DNA from: an uncultured Gemmatimonadales bacterium | GTDB lineage: Bacteria; Gemmatimonadota; Gemmatimonadetes; Gemmatimonadales; GWC2-71-9 | Assembly (NCBI GenBank): GCA_963728915.1 | Contig: CAVSLV010000001.1 | Span: 544,001-608,000 of the forward strand | Direction: 5' to 3' | DNA length: 64,000 nucleotides | Part shown: in pieces, positions 39,241 through 50,200 of the stretch | How positions within the stretch are numbered: position 1 is the stretch's first letter | Layout of the letters: each line of letters opens with the position of its first letter | Notes under the pieces: generated by a model | The model's input: the letters and a program-made list of their open reading frames with translations, nothing else | Databases searched by the model: none | Told to the model about the DNA's origin: nothing | Position numbers and translations under genes: made by a program

Positions 39241-39567
39241 TCACGCCGGTTGGAGGATCCGGGCGATCGCGCCCGAGACCCGGTGCCAGGAAGCGATTTC
39301 CCGCTCGAGCGCCCGTCGCCCGGAAGCGGTGATCTGGTAATAGCGGGCCCGTCGGTTCTCCGCGGTCTTGCTCCACTCCCCCCGGATCCAGCCTTTGATG
39401 AGCATGCGCTGGAGGGCAGGGTAGAGGGATCCCTCCTCCACCTGGAGCACATTCGCGGAAACGCGCTGGATGGCTTCGGCGATCTCGAAGCCATGGAGCG
39501 ACCCGGCGCCGGCGAGGGTGCGGAGAATGAGCATATCGAGCGTGCCGGGAGGGATGGGATCCCGCAT
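39241..39567 (-). CDS. padR: PadR family transcriptional regulator (acidobacterial subtype)
   Basis: GTLDMLIL, HGF.I, VEEGSLYPALQR, NRRARYY.IT; GGAGG RBS. Confidence 0.95.
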   Translation of the reverse strand: MRDPIPPGTLDMLILRTLAGAGSLHGFEIAEAIQRVSANVLQVEEGSLYPALQRMLIKGWIRGEWSKTAENRRARYYQITASGRRALEREIASWHRVSGAIARILQPA

Positions 39568-39582
39568 GGAGGGCCTCCGGTT

Positions 39583-39605
39583 ATGACATAGAGAGTCTAT
39601 GTCAT
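39583..39605. promoter_or_regulatory. Putative PadR operator (perfect 10-3-10 inverted repeat)
   Basis: ATGACATAGA-gag-TCTATGTCAT, 15 nt upstream of the padR ATG. Confidence 0.8.
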
Positions 39606-39622
39606 GGGGTGTCCCGACGCAA
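39594..39622 (-). promoter_or_regulatory. Putative sigma70 promoter of padR-ADOP
   Basis: Minus strand TTGCGT - 17 nt - TAGACT, with the -10 inside the palindrome. Confidence 0.65.
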
Positions 39623-39623
39623 G

Positions 39624-39651
39624 AAGCGGGTCCGGTGGCCCGAACCCGCTC
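39624..39651 (-). terminator. Hairpin after the doxX-like gene, probable terminator
   Basis: Minus strand GAGCGGGTTCGG-gcca-CCGGACCCGCTT followed by CTT. Confidence 0.55.
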
Positions 39652-39675
39652 CCCCTTCGGTGTGCTGGCGGCGGA

Positions 39676-40182
39676 TCAGCCGCGGGGATGCGGCAGGGGG
39701 ACCTCGCGATGCCGGAGCAGCAGACTGCCAAGTCCGCCAATCAAGCCGAGGATGATGGCGAAGAGGCCGGCTTCGGTCGATGGATAGATCCCGAGGGCTG
39801 AATCAAATGCCAGACTGCCGGGACCCGCCAGCGCGATCAGCGCCGCCCCGGTGGCATAGGCCAATGGCAATTCGAGGCCGTTTCGCTGGTTGAAGAAGCC
39901 ATTCGCCAGGTGGACAGCCATGATCGCGACCACCATGTTCAGGATCACGAGCGCCGCGCCCAAGGGTACGAGCAGGCCGAGGGCCAACAGCCCTCCACCC
40001 AGGAATTCGCACATCCCGTTCAGCACCGCGTAACTCCGTCCCGGATGGAAACCGAGCGAATCGAGAAACATCCCGGTGCCCTCCACCCCTCGTCCGCCGA
40101 ACCACCCAAACAGCTTCTGGGCGCCGTGCGCTGCCACACCCAGTCCGAAAACAAGTCTCAGGAGCAGCATTCCTTCATCCAT
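39676..40182 (-). CDS. DoxX family membrane protein
   Basis: HGAQKLFGWFGG.G..GT, EF.GG, VH..NGFF....G.E; GGAGG RBS before ATG 40182. Confidence 0.93.
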   Translation of the reverse strand: MDEGMLLLRLVFGLGVAAHGAQKLFGWFGGRGVEGTGMFLDSLGFHPGRSYAVLNGMCEFLGGGLLALGLLVPLGAALVILNMVVAIMAVHLANGFFNQRNGLELPLAYATGAALIALAGPGSLAFDSALGIYPSTEAGLFAIILGLIGGLGSLLLRHREVPLPHPRG

Positions 40183-40318
40183 AGCTTTCCTCCGGCGGGG
40201 GCCATAGATGGCGACGCGAGGCACCGGACGGGCTGCACAAGGGTGGTCGGGATTCGGCCGGCCTATATTATGGGGTCCGAGCTTCACCATCACAGAACTT
40301 CGCCCGACCACACGGATC

Positions 40319-42071
40319 ATGAAACGCTTCCTCGTGTTTTTGCCGGTCGTGCTCCTGGTCACCGCCGCTCCGCTGGTCGCCCAGAGCTGGAGATCCCGTC
40401 GCGGATCGCATCTTCCGACTCGGCATGGACAGCAGCAGGGTCGAGACCCTGGCGGAGGTCCTGTTCGATTCGATCGGTCCGCGACTCACCGGGAGCCCCG
40501 GAATGAAGAGCGCCAGCGACTGGGTCATCAAGACCTACCAGTCGTGGGGGATCGACGCCCGTCGCGAGCCGTACGGAACCTGGCGAGGCTGGCGCCGGGG
40601 CGCGTCGCACATCGATCTGGTGCAACCTCGGGTCCGGTCTCTCGAGGGACTGATGCTGGCGTGGAGTCCGGGAACCAAAGGCCGCCCGGTCACGGCGGAG
40701 GCCATCGTCCTCCCGAAGTTCTCCGACAGCACCGAATTCGTGAAATGGCTGCCCCAGGCCCGCGGGAAGATCGTGCTGCTTTCGCCGGCCTGGCCCACGT
40801 GCCGGCCCAGTGAGGACTGGATCCGCTTCGCGACGCCGGCCTCGCGCGCCAGGATCGACTCCCAGGTCGTCGCGATGCAGCGGGAGTGGGCGGTGGACCG
40901 CGACAGCACGAAGCTCTATCGCGGCACCGGATACTCGCTGGCGCTGGGAACCGGAACGCTGGGGATGCGACTCGAGAAGGCCGGTGTGGCCGGCATGATC
41001 AGCTCACGCACCAAGCTGTCCGGGTTCGGTCCGCCGCCCCAGTTCGGCCGGGGTGGCGGGTTTGGCGGCAATCAGGCCGCGGGAGGCCAGAGTGCCCATG
41101 GTGGCGGTCCCGCGGCGAGCCGTGCGGCCGCGATGAGCGGACTGGGCGGGTTCGGTGGGGGCGGGAACGGATCGGGCGGCTGGGGCGTGATCGAGGTGTT
41201 CGAGACCTATAATACCGTGGCTCCGGCGGTCACCCTGACCTGCGAGGACTACGGCCTGGTCTACCGCCTCGCCGAGAACCATCAGCACCCGATGGTGCGG
41301 CTCGACCTCGACGCCGACCTGCTCGGCGAACAGCCCGCGTTCAACACGATCGGCATGATCCGCGGAGTGGAGAAACCCGACGAGTATGTCATGCTCTCGG
41401 CGCACTTCGATTCCTGGGACGGCTCATCGGGGGCGACCGACAACGGGACCGGCACGCTGATGGCGATGGAAGCCATGCGGATCCTGAAGCTCGCCTACCC
41501 CCATCCCAGGCGAACCATCCTGGTAGGGCACTGGTCCAGCGAAGAGCAGGGGCTCAACGGCTCGCGGGCCTTCACCGAAGACCATCCCGAGGTGATGAAG
41601 GGGCTCCAGGCGCTCTTCAATCAGGACAACGGGACCGGCCGGATCCAGTCGATCAGTGCGGCGGGTCTCAGCGACATCGGCCGCCACCTCAGGGCCTGGT
41701 ACGGCAAGCTGCCGCCCTTCTACACCGACAGCATGAGCGACAACGTGGTCTCGTGGACCTTCAGCGACCGGCCGACCGGGAATCCGGGCGGGACCGACGG
41801 GGCGGTCTTTGCGTGTTATGCGACGCCGTCGTTCGGGCTCGGCGCGGTGGGCTGGAACTATGGGACCTACACCTGGCATACCAACCGGGACACCTACGAC
41901 AAGGTGGTGTTCGACGACCTGAAGCACAACGCGACGCTGGCGGCCCTGCTGGCCTACCAGGCGTCGGAGGACCCCGAGCTCATCGCGCGGGAGAAATCTC
42001 CCGGCAGCTGGCCCGCCGATTGGCCGGCCAACTGCGGCAAGGCGCCCCGGGTGACTCGCCCGCGCTACTGA
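40319..42071 (+). CDS. Exported M28 family peptidase (carboxypeptidase Q-like), frameshift at about 40385 just after the signal peptide
   Basis: IGPRLTGSP, SAHFDSW, GATDNGTG, EEQGLNGS, NQDNG, WHTNRDTYDK. The signal peptide MKRFL...LVAQ lies in another frame. Confidence 0.88.
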
Positions 42072-45000
42072 ACCGGCGCGGGTCGCCAGTCGGCGCCCAG
42101 GGGCTCCACTTTCTTGAAGAGCTCGATGCCGGCCGCCTCCACGCGCTGGCGATACTGCTCGACCCGTTGCAGCGCCTGGTTCAACGCGGGGAGCGCGGCA
42201 TCGAGCGCGCGCTCGCCCTGCTGGATCAGCGTCTGCTCGGTCCCGGTGGGCGCCGCCCCGGACGATGCGAGGTGTCCATAGGCCGCGCCCAACCGGGAAT
42301 TGACGGTTTCGTTCGACCCGCTGAAGCCCTGGGCCGTTTCGGGCCCGGTGAATCGCTCCTCCGCCTGCTTGAGCTGTTTCTTGAGGCTGTCACCCGACTG
42401 CCGCAGCCCCTTCATCACGACCGAGCTGTCTCCCTTGATCCGGTCGAGCACCGCATCGATGCCCGCGGTCGCCTTGTGGAGCCGGTCCACGGCTTCGAAG
42501 GAGATTTCCTGCTTCCGCATCACCCGCTCGAGCGCCTCGAGCTTGGCGACCCGGTCGGCCCGGGTGTAGGGAAGTCGCGGGTCGAGTGAAACGGTGACCG
42601 GACCGGAAACGGTATCGCTCTTCACGATGACCCGGATGGTGTACGACCCGGGAAGGGCGGCGGGGCCGCCGAATCCGAAGGGGCCGGCGGGCTGCTCGCT
42701 TGCGCCGGGCCGCCGCGGGCCATCCAGCGAGAGATCCCAGGCGGTCCGATTGATCCCGGGGTGCGCCGGGCCGGTGAAGGTGCGCACCGCGACGCCACCA
42801 GGATCCAGCACCTGGATCTTCGCCTTGGTGCTGTCGCCGCCTTCCTTTACGGCGTAGGTGAGCAGGGCCCCGTAGGGACGATTCTCCCCCTGAAAAATCC
42901 CCCAGCCGGTGAACCGGCTTCCGGGAGACTGGGCGACCTCGTATTGAAAGGCCGGCGGCACCGGGAAGAGATGCAGGGCCTCCCGCATGATCCCCGGGTT
43001 AGCCGCGATCGCCTCGAGCGGGCGGATGTCATCCAGAATCCAGGCGGCCCTCCCATGCGTCGCGATCACGAGGTCCCGCTCGCCGGGATGCACGACCAGG
43101 CCGCGCACCGGGACCCTGGGGAGGCCGGACCAGCGCTGCCAATGCTTCCCCGCGTCGAACGACAGGAACAGTCCAAACTCGCTGCCGAGATAGAGGAGAT
43201 CGCGGTTGCCGGGATCCTGCTCGATCGCATGAAGGAAGTAATCGAGGTCCGGGGTGACGAGGCTGGTCCAGGTTCGGCCGTAGTCGGTGGTCTTGACGAG
43301 ATAGGGCGCGAGGTCGCCTCGACGATGATTGTCGAAGACGACGAACGCCGTCGCGGCGTCGAATCGGGAAGGGCGGATTTCGGGAACCCAGGTGCCCGGG
43401 GGCACTCCCTTGATGTTGCCCACCACGTTGGTCCAGGTCTTCCCGCCGTCCCGGGTCAGCTGGACGTTGCCGTCGTCGGTCCCCACCCAGATGACGCCGC
43501 GCTCGATCGGGCTCGGCGCGATTGTCATGATGGTGGTGAAGGCCTCGGCGCCCGACGCATCCCGGGTGAGCCCGCCCGACGTGTCGGCCATCTGCTTCGT
43601 GACATCGTTGGTGGTGAGATCGGGACTGATCGCGGTCCAGGTGTCGCCGTGATCGGCGGTTCGGTGGAGAAACTGGCTTCCCAGATAGAGAGCGTGATCG
43701 AAGGGATCGACCGCCATCCCCGCGTTCCAGTTGAACCGCAGCGGGGTGCCTTCCGGCCCGGCGGGTTTGATGTCGCGACGCTCGCCGGTCCGTTTGTCGA
43801 ACCGGGTGATGTCGCCGTTCTGGGTGGAGGTGTACCCGTATCGGGGATCGGCGGGATCCACGAAGGTGGCCATGCCGTCGCCGAACCCGACCTCTTCCCA
43901 GTCGGAGGGACGGATGCCCCCGTTGTGCCAGCTCACCGCCGGTCCCATGAATGAGCCGTTGTCCTGGAGCCCGCCGTACACGTGGTACGGCGTCTCGGTA
44001 TCCACCGCGATGTGATAGAACTGGGCGAACGGCAGATTCTCGACGAAGCGCCAGGTGGCGCCGCCGTTCCGGGAGAGGTAGACCCCGCCGTCGTTCCCGT
44101 CGTAGAGATCCTTTCCGTCAGGACCCACCCAGAAGGCGTGGTGATCCACGTGCACTTCGGCGAAGCCCAGCAGGGTCGTGAAGGTCTTGCCACCGTCCAC
44201 ACTCTGATTCACCGGACTCTCCACGATCCAGACCCGGTTCTCGTTGGTCGGATCTACCCGCACCTGGCCGTAGTAGAACGGCCGGCCGTCGATGTTTCTG
44301 GTGCGGTTCGCGATGGTCCAGGTGTTGCCGCCGTCATCGGAGCGGAGCAGCGCGCTCTTGGTGGCCTCGACCAGCGCGTAGACCACGCCGGGCTTCCCGC
44401 GGGCAAAATCGAGCCCGGTCCGTCCCAGCTCCCCTTCGGGGAGGCCCTCCCGGGAGGAAAGGCGCTTCCAGGTTTCTCCTCCGTCGTAGCTGGTGTAGAT
44501 CCCGCTCCCGGGCCCGCCCGACTGGAAGTACCAGGGCCAGCGACGGTGTTCCCACATACCCGCGATCAGGTGGTTCGGGTTGAAGGGATCCATGACCAGA
44601 TCGCCGGCGCCGGTCCGCTCGTTGACATAGAGGACCTTGCGCCAGGTCCGCCCGCCGTCGGTGGACCTGTAGACCCCGCGGTCGGGACCGTCGATCCAGG
44701 TGTTGCCGAGGGCGCCGACGTACACCGTGTTAGGATCGCGAGGGTCGAGCAGGATGGCGTCGATCGCGCCGGTGGCTTCGAGCCCCATCCGGGTCCAGGT
44801 CCGGCCGGCGTCGAGGGAGCGATACACTCCGGTGCCCACGCCCGCCGAGTTGCGGCGATTGCGCTCCCCGGTGCCGATCCAGACCACGTCGGGATTGGGC
44901 TGATAGATCGCGATGGCGCCGATCGAGGCGGCGGGCAGGGAATCGGTGAGCGGCTTCCAGGTGAGTCCGCCGTCCGACGATTTCCAGAGGCCCCCGGTCG

Positions 45001-45205
45001 CCGCTCCGACATACACCGTGCGGGGATCCGCGTCCACCGCATCGATCGCGCCGACCCGGCCACTCATGCCGGTGGGGCCGATGTTTCGCGCCGACAGGCC
45101 TTTGAAATACGACAGGTCGACCTGGGCCGAGGCGACGATGGGGGTGAAACCGAGGAAGACCAGGCCAGAAACAAGGGAGGACACGGCCGGGAAGCGGGGG
45201 TTCAT
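42065..45205 (-). CDS. VPS10/BNR (Asp-box) repeat beta-propeller protein, sortilin/glycosyl hydrolase-like
   Basis: RNIGP..MSGR; many S-x-D-x-G-x-TW Asp boxes; HVDHH; GGLQDNG; ATHGR. Confidence 0.92.
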   Translation of the reverse strand: MNPRFPAVSSLVSGLVFLGFTPIVASAQVDLSYFKGLSARNIGPTGMSGRVGAIDAVDADPRTVYVGAATGGLWKSSDGGLTWKPLTDSLPAASIGAIAIYQPNPDVVWIGTGERNRRNSAGVGTGVYRSLDAGRTWTRMGLEATGAIDAILLDPRDPNTVYVGALGNTWIDGPDRGVYRSTDGGRTWRKVLYVNERTGAGDLVMDPFNPNHLIAGMWEHRRWPWYFQSGGPGSGIYTSYDGGETWKRLSSREGLPEGELGRTGLDFARGKPGVVYALVEATKSALLRSDDGGNTWTIANRTRNIDGRPFYYGQVRVDPTNENRVWIVESPVNQSVDGGKTFTTLLGFAEVHVDHHAFWVGPDGKDLYDGNDGGVYLSRNGGATWRFVENLPFAQFYHIAVDTETPYHVYGGLQDNGSFMGPAVSWHNGGIRPSDWEEVGFGDGMATFVDPADPRYGYTSTQNGDITRFDKRTGERRDIKPAGPEGTPLRFNWNAGMAVDPFDHALYLGSQFLHRTADHGDTWTAISPDLTTNDVTKQMADTSGGLTRDASGAEAFTTIMTIAPSPIERGVIWVGTDDGNVQLTRDGGKTWTNVVGNIKGVPPGTWVPEIRPSRFDAATAFVVFDNHRRGDLAPYLVKTTDYGRTWTSLVTPDLDYFLHAIEQDPGNRDLLYLGSEFGLFLSFDAGKHWQRWSGLPRVPVRGLVVHPGERDLVIATHGRAAWILDDIRPLEAIAANPGIMREALHLFPVPPAFQYEVAQSPGSRFTGWGIFQGENRPYGALLTYAVKEGGDSTKAKIQVLDPGGVAVRTFTGPAHPGINRTAWDLSLDGPRRPGASEQPAGPFGFGGPAALPGSYTIRVIVKSDTVSGPVTVSLDPRLPYTRADRVAKLEALERVMRKQEISFEAVDRLHKATAGIDAVLDRIKGDSSVVMKGLRQSGDSLKKQLKQAEERFTGPETAQGFSGSNETVNSRLGAAYGHLASSGAAPTGTEQTLIQQGERALDAALPALNQALQRVEQYRQRVEAAGIELFKKVEPLGADWRPAPVQ

Positions 45206-45289
45206 TCGGCACCTGTGGGTGGAAGCGGGACGAGCCAGCCGTGGCAATCTGGACGCATTGATCGCGAGAGGAAAGGGAAGCGTGGCTGG

Positions 45290-47713
45290 TCAGGCCCGAT
45301 CGATGACGGTGCGCACCCCGCGGGCCAGGGTGCTCCTGGTATAGGGTTTCTGGAGAATGGTCACATTCCTCGAAATGAGCTGGTGCTGCAGGATGACGTC
45401 ATCGGTGTAGCCGGTGGTGAAGAGGACCTTGATGTGGGGATGTTCCCTGCGGACCTGCTCCGCGAGGTCCCGGCCACCCATCCCGGGCAGGACGACATCG
45501 GTGAGAAGCAGGGCGACCGTGCCGGCGTGCTCCCGGAGTCGCTCGAACGCTTCAGTGGCGTCCCTGGCTTCGAGCACGGTGTATCCGAGTCCCTTGAGCA
45601 TGCGCACGCCGGCCCGCCGGACTCCCGGGTCATCCTCCACCATGAGAATCGTTTCGGATCCCCGCGGAATCTCCAGCTGCTGGGCGGTGTCAACCGGTGA
45701 GCTCGGCCCGCGAACCAGCGGCAAATAGACCCGGAACGTGGTGCCCAGGCCCACCTCGCTGTAGACCGCCAGGTGGCCCCCGGCCTTCTTGACGATGCCG
45801 AAGCAGGTCGCCAACCCCAGCCCCGTGCCTTTGCCGCGCTCCTTGGTGGTGAAGAAAGGCTCGAAAATGCGGTCTTTGACCTCGGGAGCAATGCCGGTGC
45901 CGGTATCACTGACCGAAACCAGAGCATACGCGCCGGGTGTCACTTCCGTTCGGTCGGCGGCATAACTCGGGTCCAGCTCCACTACCGACGTTTCGATCCG
46001 CAGGTGCCCACCCTTCGGCATCGCATCGCGGGCATTGACGGCCAGGTTGGTCAGGACCTGCTCGAACTGCCCGCGGTCGACCAGCACGGAGGCAGTTCCT
46101 CCAAGCCGGGTTTCCATCGAGATGTCCTCGCCGATGACGCGGCGGAGCAGCTTGGCCGTGCTGGTCACCGCGTCATTCATATCGAACACGACCGGCTGGA
46201 CCAGCTGCTTTCGGGAGAACGCGAGAAGCTGCCGGGTCAGGCTGGTGGCGTTTTCACTGGCGCGCTGAATGGCGTCGAAGGACTCGTGCACCGGCGACTC
46301 GGGTGGCAGATCGGGCCGGCCGAGCTCCACTTCCGCGAGGATCACCGTCAGCATGTTGTTGAAATCGTGGGCCACGCCGCCGGCGAGCCTCCCGACGGCT
46401 TCCATCTTCTGGGCCTGGACGAAGCGCTCCTCGGACTGACGAAGCTCGGTGACGTCTTCCGCAATACCGACGAATCGGCGAATGACACCATCGTCGTCGC
46501 GCACCGGGTAGGTCCGGCCCCGGAGCCAGCGGGTGGTACCGTCGGGACGAACGACGCGGAAGGTGTCGTCGCCGGGCGTGCCGTGCCGGACCCGTTCGAG
46601 GGACGCCCCGAGCCGCTCGCGATCGTCGGGGTGGAGCGAGTCGAACCAGGCCATGGGATTCGTGTAGACCTCCTCCAGTGGTCGGCCCCAGATTGCCGAC
46701 CAGGCCTGGCTCACGTAAATAGTCTGGCCGGTTTCGAGGTCGACCGAGAAGAACGCCTCCTGGATGTGGTCGGTGATCTCGCGCAACCGGGCCTCACTCT
46801 CGCCCAGGGCCTGCCGGGTCGTGGAGATTCGGCTGGCCGCATCGCGACGAACCCGGTCGGTGGTGCTGACCGAGCGGGCATAGAGCCAGATCACCAGGAG
46901 GAGCGCCAACAGCTCGGCGGTGGTGTGCAGGGTCAGTCCGAATTCGGTATCGTAGAATCCGAGCCGCTCTCCCTCGAGTCGGGCCAGCGAGAAGCCGACC
47001 GTGATGATGATGGCCAGGGGAACCGCCCAGCGGGCGAGCTCCCGTCCGGGACCCGGATCGACGAAGATGCCAAGCGCTCCCCGGGTTCCGCGAATTCCCA
47101 GGATGGCGTATCCGACCACCAGGATTGCGATGGCGGTGGCGATAGGGAGATCGGAGAATCCCAGCAAAGACCGCGGTGCGTGACTGCCGAAGATGGCCCC
47201 GATCAGGCTGAGTCCGCCGAGGAAGAACACGGGCAGCATCAGGAGCAGGTCGTTCCGGGGGTGGCCCTCCGCGCGGCGGCTCCGGAGCTGCGAGATCGCG
47301 AGGATCACCACGCTCGCGCCCGAATAGGCCGACATCCGGCCGGGCTGTTCGCCGGCGGCGAGCGGGCCGGGATCGGCCAGCAGCGCCTGATCGATGCCGA
47401 GGTTGACGTTGAGCAGATGCTCGACGAGGGTGGCGAGGCCCAGGGCGCCGCCCAGGATCGCCAGTCCAGTCGAGACCGGCCCCCGCCGCTCCCCGGCGGC
47501 GAGCCAGGTGGATGCGCCGATGAGGATCAAGCAAATCGCCGTGTTAACCTTCATGGCCGGATGGCCCAACCCGAGGGACTGCAACGACGGCAGCCGAGCC
47601 GCCCAACCAAGGAGGGCGGCGGCCCCGATCGCGATGGTTACCACCGAGCCGATGCGAACCTGTACCCTCAGCAGGCCAGGTTCTACGGGTGCCTCGGAAG
47701 GCGGCGAGGTCAT
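45290..47713 (-). CDS. Membrane hybrid sensor histidine kinase (TM, PAS, HisKA, HATPase, REC; CckA-like)
   Basis: [55 protein letters not shown]. Confidence 0.95.
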   Translation of the reverse strand: MTSPPSEAPVEPGLLRVQVRIGSVVTIAIGAAALLGWAARLPSLQSLGLGHPAMKVNTAICLILIGASTWLAAGERRGPVSTGLAILGGALGLATLVEHLLNVNLGIDQALLADPGPLAAGEQPGRMSAYSGASVVILAISQLRSRRAEGHPRNDLLLMLPVFFLGGLSLIGAIFGSHAPRSLLGFSDLPIATAIAILVVGYAILGIRGTRGALGIFVDPGPGRELARWAVPLAIIITVGFSLARLEGERLGFYDTEFGLTLHTTAELLALLLVIWLYARSVSTTDRVRRDAASRISTTRQALGESEARLREITDHIQEAFFSVDLETGQTIYVSQAWSAIWGRPLEEVYTNPMAWFDSLHPDDRERLGASLERVRHGTPGDDTFRVVRPDGTTRWLRGRTYPVRDDDGVIRRFVGIAEDVTELRQSEERFVQAQKMEAVGRLAGGVAHDFNNMLTVILAEVELGRPDLPPESPVHESFDAIQRASENATSLTRQLLAFSRKQLVQPVVFDMNDAVTSTAKLLRRVIGEDISMETRLGGTASVLVDRGQFEQVLTNLAVNARDAMPKGGHLRIETSVVELDPSYAADRTEVTPGAYALVSVSDTGTGIAPEVKDRIFEPFFTTKERGKGTGLGLATCFGIVKKAGGHLAVYSEVGLGTTFRVYLPLVRGPSSPVDTAQQLEIPRGSETILMVEDDPGVRRAGVRMLKGLGYTVLEARDATEAFERLREHAGTVALLLTDVVLPGMGGRDLAEQVRREHPHIKVLFTTGYTDDVILQHQLISRNVTILQKPYTRSTLARGVRTVIDRA

Positions 47714-47897
47714 CAGTTATCGGGTGAAGGGTGCTTCAAAGTTAGCGCAAACCGCCCTTCTGTCGATAGCAATCGGCCAATGTTGACGATTCCCAACCCT
47801 GACTGTTTTCTGACCATCCATGCCGAACCATGAGAGCTGGAGTCGTACATTGGTCCGGGTGAGTCTCCCATGACGCTCCACCGGCGCCGGTGAGCCC

Positions 47898-49409
47898 ATG
47901 GCTCCTTCGCCGCTGTCCAGGGAACGGTTGATCGCCCAACCCGGGTTCAACCGCTGGCTGATTCCACCGGCGGCGCTGGCCATCCATCTGTCCATCGGGC
48001 AGGTGTACGCGTTCAGCGTTTTCAATCTGCCGCTCAGTCGAAGCCAGGGGATTACGACGCCGGCTCCGGGCGACTGGAGGCTCACCCAGCTCGGCTGGAT
48101 CTTCACCATTGCGATCGTGGTGCTGGGCCTGTCGGCGGCGGTGTTCGGCCGGTGGCTCGAGCGAGTGGGCCCGCGGGTCAGCGGACTCGCCGCGGCGTTC
48201 TGCTGGGGCGGGGGGTTCCTGATCGCCGCGCTCGGGGTCAAGCTGCACGCCCTCTGGCTGGTCCTGTTCGGGTACGGGGTGGTGGGAGGATGCGGCCTGG
48301 GTCTCGGCTACATCACGCCGGTCTCCACGCTCATCAAATGGTTTCCCGACCGGCGCGGCATGGCCACCGGGATGGCGATCATGGGCTTCGGCGGCGGGGC
48401 GATGATCGCGGCGCCCCTTTCCACCGCGTTGATGAAACGATTCGCCGGGCCCGCTTCGGTGGGGGTGGGGAACACGTTCCTGGTGCTGGGCGGGCTCTAC
48501 TTCCTTGCGATGGCGATGGGCGCGCTGGGGTTCCGGCTGCCGGCTCCCGGGTGGCGGCCAGCGGGGTACGCCCCCGCCGCCAGGCCCCGGGCGCTGGTGA
48601 GCGATCGCGACGTCTCCCCGGACGCGGCCATCCGGACGCCCCAGTTCTGGCTCCTCTGGGCGGTCCTCTGCCTCAACGTGACCGCCGGGATCGGCGTGTT
48701 AGGGCAGGCCAGCGCCATGATCCAGGAAGTGTTCCGGGGCCGGATCGACCCGTCGGCCGCCGCCGGGTTTGTGGGACTCCTCTCCCTGTTCAACATGGCC
48801 GGACGGTTCTTCTGGTCTTCGCTGTCCGACCGGATCGGGCGCAAGGCGACCTACGCCGCGTTCTTCGGGCTCGGGTCGATGCTCTACGCCTCGGTGCCGT
48901 TCCTCGGACAGTGGGGAAGCGTCGGGCTGTTCGTCGCCTGCTTCGCGGTGATCCTCACCATGTACGGAGGCGGGTTCGCGACCATCCCCGCCTATCTGTC
49001 CGACCTCTTCGGGACCCGGTACGTCGGCGCGATTCACGGCCGGCTGCTGACCGCCTGGTCCGCCGCGGGCGTCTTTGGCCCCGTGCTGGTGAACTACATC
49101 CGGCAGTACGAAATCGATTCCGGCGTCGCGACCGCCCAGGCCTACAATCACACCATGTGGATCATGGCCGGGCTCCTCGTGATCGGCTTGGGCTGCAACC
49201 TGGCGGTGCGGCCGGTCCACCCGCGCCACCACCTCGCCCCGGCGACGGATGGAGCGACCCCGCCCGGGGCGGCCCATTGGTCCGAAGGCCCGCCCCGGTC
49301 AGCCGGAGCGCGCGCCAGGCTCGCCGCGGCCTGGACCACGGTCGGCGTTCCGCTCGCGTGGGGAGTGATCGGCACGGTGCAGCGGGCGCTGGCGCTCTTC
49401 GGGCGCTAG
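47898..49409 (+). CDS. OFA family MFS transporter (oxalate/formate antiporter-like) with fused C-terminal small-subunit segment
   Basis: HLSIGQVYAFSVF, KWFPDRRGMATG..IMGFGGG, YGGGFATIPAYL.D.FG, IHGRLLTAWS; C-terminal AW..VGVPLAWGV. Confidence 0.93.
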   Translation: MAPSPLSRERLIAQPGFNRWLIPPAALAIHLSIGQVYAFSVFNLPLSRSQGITTPAPGDWRLTQLGWIFTIAIVVLGLSAAVFGRWLERVGPRVSGLAAAFCWGGGFLIAALGVKLHALWLVLFGYGVVGGCGLGLGYITPVSTLIKWFPDRRGMATGMAIMGFGGGAMIAAPLSTALMKRFAGPASVGVGNTFLVLGGLYFLAMAMGALGFRLPAPGWRPAGYAPAARPRALVSDRDVSPDAAIRTPQFWLLWAVLCLNVTAGIGVLGQASAMIQEVFRGRIDPSAAAGFVGLLSLFNMAGRFFWSSLSDRIGRKATYAAFFGLGSMLYASVPFLGQWGSVGLFVACFAVILTMYGGGFATIPAYLSDLFGTRYVGAIHGRLLTAWSAAGVFGPVLVNYIRQYEIDSGVATAQAYNHTMWIMAGLLVIGLGCNLAVRPVHPRHHLAPATDGATPPGAAHWSEGPPRSAGARARLAAAWTTVGVPLAWGVIGTVQRALALFGR

Positions 49410-50023
49410 AGCATCGCCTCGCTCGGGAACAGGCCGCACCCGTTCCGCTGGGCTTCGAGCAAGGCAAAAAATCCGGACGGCTGAATGATGACCCCCGGGA
49501 TGACCTGGGTCAGCACCTCGGGACGCACCTCTTCGGGCTTCTTTCCCATCCGCTTGGCATCCACCGACACCATGAAGCTGAACGCAAAGCCGCACGCCAG
49601 GACGATGCCCTCCTTGGCGAGGAAAGTCGCGATCTCGGCCCGATGCGGGTTAGCGGTGGCGGGTTTACCGGTCTTCTCGTCCTTGATCTTGCGCTTCTTG
49701 CCGAGCTGGTTCCGGGCCCAGAAATCGTCGCTCATGATCATGGGGATCGCCGCGTGACGGATGACCAGCAGACTGCTCACGTCCGACGGCGGCACCTTGA
49801 AGGTATCGATCACCTGCTCCTTCCAGATACCGGCGCGCCAGAGTGCATCGGATCCGCCGGGGCGCGGCCAATCGAACACGGCACGATGGTCGCCGCGAAG
49901 TCGGCTGGTCCAGGAGAGGTCCCAGTCGGAGCTCGGCATGGTGGGTAGCCGGAACGCCCCAGCCTTGCCCAGCAGGGAGGCGCCGAGCATGGCGCCAAGA
50001 AAATCGCGTCGGTCACTGGTCAC
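49406..50023 (-). CDS. Tat-exported hypothetical protein, DsrE-like fold
   Basis: SDRRDFL twin-arginine signal; WD.SW, HRAVFD, VIRH, LAC, IPGV...PSG..AL.EAQ..G. Confidence 0.75.
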   Translation of the reverse strand: MTSDRRDFLGAMLGASLLGKAGAFRLPTMPSSDWDLSWTSRLRGDHRAVFDWPRPGGSDALWRAGIWKEQVIDTFKVPPSDVSSLLVIRHAAIPMIMSDDFWARNQLGKKRKIKDEKTGKPATANPHRAEIATFLAKEGIVLACGFAFSFMVSVDAKRMGKKPEEVRPEVLTQVIPGVIIQPSGFFALLEAQRNGCGLFPSEAML

Positions 50024-50200
50024 AGATTGGATTCCTGGATGGGGTCAGCCAGCGCCCTGAACCTACGCCGGGCAGGGTCCCGGATCAAAGGGCGGTCGAG
50101 GGTACATTGAAGACGGCCACCATGAATGTACCCGCGAAAGCGGGCGGGAATCGGTCGTATTGTAACGTCCGTGCCGAACCCCGCGTATCAAAGAGAGACC

